Source: Zygophlyctis sp. KS116 (Eukaryota > Fungi > Chytridiomycota). Taken from it: DNA of 17,412 bases. The position numbers were made by a program, and so were the translations under genes. The stretch is from NCBI GenBank assembly GCA_054661495.1, contig BAAFSQ010000209.1:1-17412 (forward strand), written 5' to 3'. This document shows, piece by piece, positions 1-10,610 of the stretch. How positions within the stretch are numbered: the stretch's first letter is position 1; the number at the start of each line of letters is the position of its first letter. Below the pieces are notes generated by a model, which saw only the letters and a program-made list of their open reading frames with translations, ran no database searches and was not told the origin of the DNA.

Positions 1-25
1 TAATGGCAATAGTTGCATTGTGGGC

Positions 26-1821
26 TTAATCACAAATGTTTCGTTTCTTTATTTCAAAGAGTGCGTTTGATTGCTTTCTTTTGGTCGGGACGACAGTTTT
101 ACAATCTAGTACTATTAAAAATTGAATTCACCTTTGTTTTCCAATAGAACATCCACGAGATTTTTATCGGTGTTACTCGTCAAATACTTTCTTGAGATCC
201 CTTTTGGAATTATTTGCGAACTAAGTAATCCGTTTAACTCTGCCTTCATTTTAGCAATCTGATCTCGTATCCCTATATTCTGATCAGCTTTTTTATCAAT
301 CAAATAATCATCTAATTCAATATCTGCCTCCTGAGCCGCTGCACTAAACCAATTGTTTTCGGTTTCAACCTTCTTTATTTGATGCTCCTTCTCATCTATT
401 CTACGAGCTAAAGAGATTCTAGAATTAATAGCATTCATAAATGATCGATCAAGTGGGAATAGCGGAACTCCGTTTTCCTTCCCCAAATGGAAACAGATTT
501 TCTTATAAATTGATAGTTGGTCCGGAGAGCATAGCATGATTGAAATACCCGCCTTGCTGGCTCTAGCAGTTCTCCCTGATCTATGAACATACAAGTCAAT
601 CGAACGAGGTAATTGATAATGAATTACGTGGTCCACATTTGGTATATCAAGTCCTCTTGCGGCCACATCAGTGGCAATTAAAACCGCGAAAGAATTCATT
701 TTGAATCGATCCAAATTCTTAAGCCTCTGCTTTTGCTGCATTTCAGCATGAAGCGCAAATACAGGAAGTCTTAAGAGAGTACACAACGGAATCAGCCTTC
801 TAATCGCATCTATACTATTGACAAATACAATAGTACGCCCAGAATATAATGTCAGTATATAATAGAGAATAGAATCCTTTTCTTTGATTAGACAGTCAAC
901 TCTAGTTTCCACAATATCCTTGTTTATAATATCTTTTGAGGAAAAATTGATGTACTCTGGTTGATCATCAAAGAAATGAATTCGTTGAATAATATCTTGT
1001 AGCGTTGAATTTCTCTTTGAATTCTTGACCATATTCTGAAAAAGCGAAGTTTTATCAACCATTGTAGCAGAGATCAAAAAAGTTTGCCGATGTCCAATTT
1101 CCAGTTTTTTTGGAGATAACAAATCCAATATTTTTGACAAATCTTTAAAATTACCATTTTGCAACATTCTATCTGCTTCATCAATCACCAAATATTTAAT
1201 TTTGAATAAATTTTCTAATATTTCTGGATTAGTTTCCATTATTTCTAGTAATCTACCAGGAGTTGCAACTAAAATATGTGGAACTTTTTTCAATACTCTT
1301 GTTTGCTTATCTAAAGACATTCCACCGACTACAGAAGCAATATAGACTTTTAATTCTAATTTTTTCAAATGATCTTGTACTTGTAATGCCAATTCCCTGG
1401 TTGGAGTCAAGATCAAACCAGACAATCCATTTTGATTTCCTCCGATTATATAATTTAGTATTGGTAATGCATAAGCCAATGTTTTTCCAGAACCTGTTGG
1501 TGCACAAGCAATCACATCTTTTCCTTTTAATGCAACCTTGACAACTTTTTCTTGAATTGCTGTTGGTTTTACAAAACCAGATTTCTTTAATGCAATTCCT
1601 ATTTCTTCGACTACTTTCCATTTAGAATCTGAATTTCTTTTAATTCCCTTTTTTATCTTTGCAGTTTCTAATTTTGAGATAATTCCCCCCTTGATTCTAC
1701 TTTCTTTTGAGTTTTCTTCATTTTCAACAAAATCATCAATATTGATAAAATCATCAAACTTCAAATCTAGTAAATCTGTACTAGAATGAGTAACTGGATC
1801 AATCTCTTCTAATGAATACAT
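26..1821 (-). CDS. MAK5: DEAD-box RNA helicase, Mak5/DDX24 family (60S biogenesis), ~589 aa; exons 1821-132, 105-26
   Basis: Motifs PTAIQ, APTGSGKT, PTRELALQ, TPGRL, DEAD, SAT, ARGLD, HRSGRTAR, plus N-terminal YSLEEID and C-terminal NWFSAAAQEADIELDD typical of Mak5. A 26-nt intron at 106-131 extends the ORF to ...NALFEIKKRNICD* (TAA at 26-28). A small extra 5' exon cannot be excluded. Confidence 0.88.
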
Positions 1822-2227
1822 TTTCTCTTTTTGAAAATTTTCAATTTGGACTAGATGGTAATCTCAATTATTGCTCAAAAAAAGAAAAAAACTCAATAAA
1901 ATACTCTGGGACTCATCTCAATTAAAAAAACTCGTTTATTAAATTTAAAAGTTAATTTTCCGAGGATTCATTTTCTTGGGAAAAGCTTATTCTACATTGC
2001 CAAGCACACAAGTGCAAGAAGTAAAATTTTATTCTAGGTTTAGATCATAATGGTCCAGACAGAGTCTAGTCCATAAACCCAAGAATCCATCTGTAAAATT
2101 TGAAACCGAATTCGGGAAAATCCAGCACAGCCACCAAGACAGATGAAAAAAATTCCGCTGCCCTCGAGGAGAATTTTCATCCCGCGGGTTTGGAATTTTT
2201 TTAGTCGGAGCCAAAGGATTTCGTGTC
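1822..2227. promoter_or_regulatory. Divergent intergenic region between the helicase and velvet genes
   Basis: Largest non-coding gap in the window (406 bp), between head-to-head starts, with poly-A tracts; positional inference only. Confidence 0.45.
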
Positions 2228-4434
2228 ATGGTTTCATACGAATTTGTGTCTGTAGAGAGTATGACTTTAAGGAGAGAGAAAAGGTAAGCAATGTCTCACT
2301 CATGCATAGATTCTACAAACTGTCTCTAGTCCAACAGCCAAAGCATTCTAGGATGTGTGGGTTCGGAGAAAAGGTTGACAGAAGACCAGTAGATCCTCCG
2401 CCAGTTGTCAAATTAGAAGTCTTGGACTCATCTCAGGAAATTCCTATTTGTAACCCTTACTACTTTATGTATGCTACTCTCATGTCCGCTACCAGTGATG
2501 TCGAATTACATATGCTAAGAGATGCAAAAACTAGATCAACTACAGGGTCAAGTGTGTCATCTCTGTATAGGCTAAAAGATAATTTTAATAAGGCAGGATT
2601 CTTTTTTGTGTTTCCAGACTTGTCTATTAGGATGGAAGGGACTTATAGATTGAAATTTTCTCTCTTTGAGATTATAAACACAGACATTTATTATTGTGAC
2701 TCAATTTGTTCAGACCCATTTGATGTTTTTACGGCTAAAAAGTTTCCTGGAATGGAGGGTAAGGATTTTTACAATTTATATTATAGAATCTACGCCGCTA
2801 TCTAGGATTTTTGCAGAACAGGGCTTGAAAATTAGAATAAGAAAGGATTCTAGGTCAAAAAAGTAAAGCTTTACAAAATAATATTAAGAAATAGATACAG
2901 AAGTGGAGATGTTTTATCTAAAAGGCTTAGAGAAGATTCTGATGGCTCAAATTCTGATATTTCGGATGATATTATATCTGAGAAAGGATCTGTCTCAAAT
3001 AAACGTCCAAAGAACAATTCGGTTGGGCATGTAGATATTCAGTATCAGGGGAATTCTGGGTCTGGGAAGGCGATGCCTGTAAATGCTCCTCCTGTAAACT
3101 ATGGTTATTATCCTCAGGATGTATATGCTCAAGGTGTAAGACCTCCTTATCCTGTATATGGATATCCTAGACCAATGTATCCCAGAGACAAGATTCATTC
3201 TCGAAGAGAAGGGCCCTCCCCCTTGGAAAATAATCCACGGCATCAACATCCTATGAATGTTCACGCTTATCCAATGATGTATTCGTTTCCTCCTCGTTAT
3301 CCCTATGATCCTTATGCTATGCGCCAATATGATGCAATGATGGGCCGTCCTTACAATCCTGGATATAATCCACACGGCTATACACTTCCAGCAAGAAAAA
3401 CGTCTAATGCATCTGATAATAATTCTAATTCAGAATATAATTCCTCTGCCAAAGTTGAGCCAGAATCTTCAAGTTCTAATGTTGAAAGTAATTCTACTAT
3501 GCCGGTAAAATCTAATGTACAATCCTCAGATAACCCGAATGTTGCTGCTCCATTTGTTTCTGATTCTACTGCACTTCGTTCTTTCTACGAGCCATCTTCA
3601 GCTCATCCAAAAAATCCTACAAATAATTTAACTCCTTATCAGGAATATGGAAACTCTCAGCTATACTATTATCATCCTGGTCCTTATGGTTATCCACCGA
3701 TTGATCCTGCCTATGGGAAGCGGCTACATGCTCCTCCTCCACATTATACGTATCCTGTCTCTATGAATCAGGGTGTACCAATGATGATGCATCAGTCTGC
3801 AGGGCCTCCTCCTGTAGGATATTATGGACAACAATTTGCTGCTCCTTACCCACCTGCTAGTTCCCCTGCATCTGCTGGAGGGCCTAGTAGCAGTGGGAAT
3901 GATCAACCTCAGGGAATATCATATCCTCCACCTTATGCTTACCCCCCAGGCGGGACACCTTACCCGCCTTCCGGAATGTATGCCCCTGGAGTTTCTCCTG
4001 TAAATTATCACCCGGGTATGCCGCTCCATCCTAAAAGAGGCTATATACTTCGTGGACCTTCTAATAACCCAGGATCTCAAACCACCGACGTAGTTCGTAG
4101 CGGTACAGCTGGTAGTCCGATGGTTCAGAGTGGCGTGAATCAAACTCCTTACCAACCTCATATGGCCAATTATCCACCACATACTGCCCCAGCAATTGAT
4201 CCTTTTTCTGCTACTGTGCCCCTGGATGATTCAACCCCCTCTCAGAAGGTCAAATCTAACTTAAGGTCAAATCAGTCACAATTTATTTCTGCTTCTACAG
4301 TAAATCTTCCTCCTATAAATATTTCAACTCAAGGAAGTACACCGATTAAATATGAAGAATCTACTAATTCTTCAAACACTGGTGAACAAGTTGGGGAACC
4401 TAGCTCTAAAACTCAAACAATTGCTAAAAACTGA
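2228..4434 (+). CDS. Velvet-domain transcription regulator (VosA-like) with long Pro/Tyr/Ser-rich tail, ~708 aa; exons 2228-2283, 2310-2758, 2787-2862, 2889-4434
   Basis: Velvet motifs QQPKHSRMCGFGEKVDRRPVDPPPVV and FFVFPDLSIRMEGTYRLKFSL; splicing restores KKFPGMEESTPLSRIFAEQGLKIRIRK. Introns 2284-2309, 2759-2786 and 2863-2888 (or -2894) join ORFs 2143-2805 and 3073-4434 in frame. Confidence 0.88.
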
Positions 4435-4439
4435 GGCTC

Positions 4440-6066
4440 ATGCATGGACAGGATTTATTATTTCTGATTTTATTTCTCTTGGTAGATAGAACTAGTTGGC
4501 GTAAATAAAAGCTTTTTTATCGTAGAGTTTAGTAAAGTGATTTATCTATGGCTCCAGAGAGACAATCTAACTGGGGCTTGTGGCATATTAGCTCTATTGA
4601 ATATATTGGCCGATCATGGTAGTTTCTTTGAGTCAAGTAAGTATTTATATTCTCATCAGAGGTATGATTGAAACTTATGCATTGGCGGTAATATGGGATG
4701 GATTGGGAAACGTTTCATCATATTCCCTCTTGCTAATGATATCATCAAATGGTAATTATATAAACTTATGGAAAGACGATTGGATCCTGATTGCTGCCGG
4801 AGTCCTGTGTATAAAGGCGGCTCGTCGGTTCCTTACTTCGATTGCACCCAAAAGCTTTCATCAAGCTGAATTATCATTGCTTTCACAAATTATAGGTTTA
4901 TTAGGACTAGAATGTTTTATCTTGACTGCGATAAAGGTATTTATAAGTTTTGGTTGGTTTTACGATAGATGGGATTTTATATGGATTACCCACCATGGCA
5001 TGTAAATCGTTCTATTCTTTATCAATTTCACTTGGCACTAGTATTTGGAATGGTTACGATTTGTTTTATTTTCAAATTGGTTAGATCAAAAGCCATTTCT
5101 CGTGGATGGAACGAACTGTCATTGTTTTTAATGATTCTTTTTACTGTAATCGTATTCTTGATTTCTCCGTGGTTGTATTTTGACATTAGGCAAAATCCTT
5201 TTATATGGTAATTTCAAGTTTAACATATTTTAGGGCTTTCACATTCTTAACAGAGAAGGATAGAATATTTTGGGTAGTATACATGGGTCTCACAGTTGTA
5301 ATAGGAATTTGTATTGCAACGGTTTTCCAAAAATTGGATTCAAAAGCATTTTTTAACTGGAAAAGAAAGGTAATTAATCTTACTGGAAAATTAACTTAAG
5401 TATTTTCATGGACTAGGCACATTATTGTTCTCCCCGGTTCTCTTTTATGATGTAAGTTTTGTTTGGAACTCATATTAGCCTGAGTTGATGCATTTGGCAT
5501 ATTCTGTTTCTTTGAGTGGTCTGATTTGTGTTGAATTTATCAGATTATTTAAAGTTGGTCCATTTCACAAAGGATTGAACTCATTCATGAGTTCATTTAC
5601 AAACCAACAGCGGGATGCAGGACCTCTCATATTGTCGCATTTTTATTTGCTTCTTGGCTGTGCTTTGCCTTTATGGATATGTAGCATCATAAATATTAAT
5701 CATTGGGCTGCTTTTTCTGGGATAATTTCACTCGGTATTGGTGATTCAGTTGTAATCAGGTTTTACTTATAGATAGGCTTCGATAGTTGGTCAAATTATT
5801 GGGAGAAGGTGCTGGCCTGGACAATCAAGAACTGTTGAAGGATCTTTATCTTATTTTGTTTCGGTCTTGTTTTCTTTTCATATTTTATTTTATTTTTTTG
5901 AAGTTTCAGTATCTACTTTGGAGGTATGTTTCTTGATTTTAATAATTAGATGCTTAAAATATTTATTCTACTTTTGGCTTCATCTCTGTTGGAAGCATTC
6001 TCAATTGGAAACGATAATCTGCTATTACCGCTTTTTTTGACGGCTGGATTTCTTAGTCTTGAATAA
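4440..6066 (+). CDS. SEC59: Dolichol kinase (Sec59/DOLK), ~460-470 aa multi-pass membrane protein
   Basis: Spliced product contains NPFIW, RKYFH, RDAGPLILSHFYLLLGCALPLW, GIGDSVASIVG, WPGQSRTVEGS and LEAFSIGNDNLLLP. Introns 4501-4525, 4637-4661, (possible 4752-4775), 4937-4968, 5208-5233, 5370-5400, 5452-5478, 5752-5776, 5924-5949. Structure upstream of 4662 is less certain; alternative starts at 4616 or 4664. Confidence 0.85.
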
Positions 6067-6113
6067 GTTGAAGATATTTTCGATTTATTATTCATATCAC
6101 TAAAATAGACTAA

Positions 6114-7026
6114 TCATAACTGAACGTTGCTTTCTCTCATCACGACTGTGGAACCCGCTGAGGTGTTCTTTTGATCAACATGAGATAAATTCAATTTCTC
6201 AACATAAGCGTCCCATTCGGCCATTTCCTCAGCTTCAGAAAGCATTACAAACTTAAACGGCTTCAAAATCGGACAATGCGACCATTTAAGAATCTAAATT
6301 GTAGCAGTTGACCATCGACCTTTGGAAGTTTGCGGTCAATCAAATCAGCAGGAACAATAACACAAATGATCAAACCAAGTAAAACAAAAGCTAGAATCCA
6401 GTGAAAGTCCATATTGTAACCATTTATTGATTTCAGCTTTTCCTAAAATTGATTTTTGTTGTTTGTAAACTTCATTGAAAACCAATCCTCCAACAACATA
6501 CCACGAGGTCAATATAACTCCGTGTGTAGCCTCGACGTTCCCAGATCCAAATTGATCAGCCAAGAAGGCATGAATCTATAAATTATTCATGTTTTCAAAA
6601 TTCCAATTCCAAAACCTGACATAAAAGAAAGCAATCAAGAAGGCACAAGTGAGGGTTCCAGGAACACTTTGATTACTTACCACAGAGGGCATACAACCAA
6701 CACAAATTGCTTGAACAAACAATGATAAAAGTTGCGGCAGTGATCCCAAAAGAAGCCACCGCAAGATAAAATGATATTAATGCTTGTCCGCGATCCGAGA
6801 CAGCAGTTGCATCAGAATTAATATAATGCTCAATAGGCAAATTGAAACCTGACCATGCGTATAATGATCCACAACAAACCTGGATCAAAACAGCAGCTGG
6901 CATCAAAAAGTATCTATTGAATGCAACTTCTTTCACGAGCCATTTTTCATTTTCGAGTTTCTTTTCTGATCGCTCATAATCAGTGTCAGAGTAATGCTTC
7001 ACGATCCGGTCAACGATTGATTTCAT
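6114..7026 (-). pseudogene. Decayed MFS transporter (oxalate:formate antiporter-like)
   Basis: TM1 motif LIQVCCGSLYAWSGFN and late motif AFLADQFGSGNVEATHGVILTSW lie only ~300 nt apart. Frame breaks near 6730, 6618, 6425 and 6270, and a relic intron at 6576-6604 has a GG instead of GT donor. Confidence 0.75.
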
Positions 7027-7238
7027 TTCTTATTTTTTAGGAATTTACCAATCACAGCCACACTAAGCAGCTTCATCTCTTAAATCCGCACTGATAAGCA
7101 ATAGTATTTGAAGAAACCCCTAGAAAGCACAATCAGCGCTAATACCATAAACACAATTATGCATCTCCTAAACATTATGGCCTATTGTCAAAATCTGGTG
7201 AGTGAACAATATCAGCGTTAGGGTTCTAAAAAACAGAA

Positions 7239-8442
7239 ATGGACGACGATATTGTTATTGTTTGCGCTCTTCGTACGCCTATTACCCGTGCAAGAAAGGG
7301 TGCTTTTAAAGATACGTATCCAGAAGAGATATTGGGTGGGGTTCTTAAAGGTGTTTTAGTTAAAACTGGAATAAATCCAGCATTGGTTGATGATATTCAA
7401 ATTGGAAATGTTCTTCCTCCGGGCGGAGGTGCTACAGTTGCACGAATGGCTGCGCTGTATGCTGGTTTTCCTGAAACAACAAGTATTTCTACCGTAAATC
7501 GTCAATGTTCATCGGGTCTTCAGGCTGTGCATTATATTGCAGCTTCAATTGCAAATGGAACTATTGATATTGGAATTGGTGGAGGAGTTGAATCAATGAC
7601 TCATGGGTATGGTCCTCTTGCAATGCCAACTGGGTACTCGGAAAAAGTAAATGCTTTACCAGCTGCTGCAGATTGCTTAATGCCAATGGGAATTACTTCA
7701 GAAAATGTTGCAAAACAATTTAATGTTTCTAGACAAAAGCAAGATGAATTCTCTGTTTTAAGTCATCAAAAGGCTGCTAAAGCTCAACAAAATGGCTGGT
7801 TTAAGGATGAAATAGTACCAATTACAGTAAATGTTTTGGACAAGGAAGAAAAATCAGTTACTGTGACTGTAAAGGAAGATGATGGTATTCGTGGTGATAC
7901 TACTATTCAAACTTTGTCAAAGTTAAAGCCAGCTTTTTCAAAAGATGGAACTACACACGCTGGAAATGCTTCTCAGGTATCTGATGGTGCTGCTGCTGTC
8001 TTATTGATGAAGCGTAAAAAGGCAAAAGAATTAGGATTACCTATTTTGGCAAAGTTTGTGGCATTTTCAGTAGCCGGTGTACCTCCAAAAGTAATGGGAA
8101 TTGGTGAGATAAATTATAAAATTTTAATATTCAGGCCCTGCTGTTGCTATTCCAAAGGTTTTGAACAAGGCTGGTATCTCTTTGAATTCTGTCGACATTT
8201 TTGAAATCAATGAGGCATTTGCATCTCAAGCAGTTTATTGCGTGGAAAAGTTGGGAATCCCATTGGAAAAAGTAAATCCTAAAGGAGGAGCAATTGCTTT
8301 TGGTCATCCACTAGGAGCTACTGGAGCACGTCAGATTGCAACTTTACTCCCTGAATTGAAAAGACAAGGAAAAAAGGTCGGAGTCGTATCTATGTGTATT
8401 GGGACTGGTATGGGAGCAGCTGCAGTGATTGTGAGAGAATGA
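7239..8442 (+). CDS. POT1: 3-ketoacyl-CoA thiolase (Pot1/ACAA1 type), ~390 aa; exons 7239-8103, 8135-8442
   Basis: Catalytic motifs NRQCSSGLQA, NEAFA, GHPLGATG and SMCIGTGMG; the 31-nt intron 8104-8134 restores MGIGPAVAIPK. Confidence 0.9.
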
Positions 8443-8483
8443 ATCAAATAAAAAGACTTCAAGTCAAATTTATTAATTATTCG

Positions 8484-9676
<1,193 letters not shown>

Positions 9677-9741
9677 CAGCGATTTAGAATTTAGTGCTAG
9701 GTCAGTAAAGTTTAAGGTCCAGGAAGTAGTGAAGCCTAGTA
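9677..9741. promoter_or_regulatory. 65-bp divergent intergenic region (putative bidirectional promoter) between DAHP synthase and HEI10
   Basis: Head-to-head ATGs at 9676 (-) and 9742 (+); positional inference only. Confidence 0.5.
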
Positions 9742-10596
9742 ATGGAATCTCTCTATTGCAATGTGATTACATGTCGTAGACATCTTGATGATAAAGTATG
9801 TGTTACCATCTGTAGCCGTATGAATTTTTTATATTATTTATTTAGATATATTTTGTGAGACTTGTGCAATTGAGTTCCTTTCCATTAGTCTAGTTTGTCC
9901 GGCATGTAATACTGTCCTGAATGAAAAGTAGTTTTGTTGACTGATGATGTAGAGATGAGATTGTATTGTCAAATTTAAGACTTTCGGAAAATCAGAAATT
10001 AACACTCTTGGCCGGACATTCACCAGATGTGATTATGGAAATTGCAAGGTAAATCATAATGCATTGAATGCAGTCGTTCAATTGCATTTTGGAATTATCA
10101 AAGCATGCAGGAATCAATGATCAAGGATTTAGTAAGTTTAAGATATTTATTATTAGCGAATAAAGGAGTTGGAAGAAGTAAATCTAAGAATGGAACACAA
10201 GGTTCAACAAATTATTCAAGATGCTAATCTAGAAATTCAAGGTGATTATAGATTTAATCATTATTAGGAATTCAGGATCGTGTTTCTTTTGATTCTAAAG
10301 AATTCGAATTGGAAAAGAAAAAGAATTCAGAAATATATGATCAGTTGTCAGAAAAAACTAGACAATTAAAGAAACTTCAAATCATGTACGATAAACTTAA
10401 AAGAAAAGCATCAGTTGAAATTCATCAGCAAATGATTACGGCTGAAAATTCACAGATGGTGTCTGATAGCATTGATGGATTTACAGAACGATATGATTCA
10501 AGGAAAACTCATCCAGGATTTTCGGCTTTATCACAAGCAAATTTGGGTTCTACGTCTGGATTTCAGCTAAAAAGATTTCTAAAAAATAAAAGATGA
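9742..10596 (+). CDS. HEI10: HEI10/CCNB1IP1 meiotic RING E3 ligase, ~241 aa; exons 9742-9817, 9846-9927, 9953-10048, 10074-10131, 10157-10241, 10268-10596
   Basis: Spliced translation MESLYCNVITCRRHLDDKVCVTICSHIFCETCA...VCPACNTVL...LLAGHSPDVIMEIASRSIAFWNYQSMQE followed by coiled coil matches the HEI10 signature. Five introns of 25-28 nt all keep the frame. Confidence 0.88.
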
Positions 10597-10610
10597 TTGC
10601 AAATAAATGA

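Noticed and set aside
1263-1621. ORFs 1263-1541 (+) and 1307-1621 (-)
   Set aside because: Shadow frames inside the helicase CDS with no recognisable motifs.
2029-2229. 66-aa minus-strand ORF in the helicase/velvet gap
   Set aside because: No recognisable motif; consistent with chance in a slightly GC-richer promoter/UTR region.
2995-4182. Antisense Arg/Ile-rich ORFs 2995-3375, 3724-3906, 3919-4182
   Set aside because: Mirror of CCT/TAT codon bias in the velvet Pro/Tyr-rich exon.
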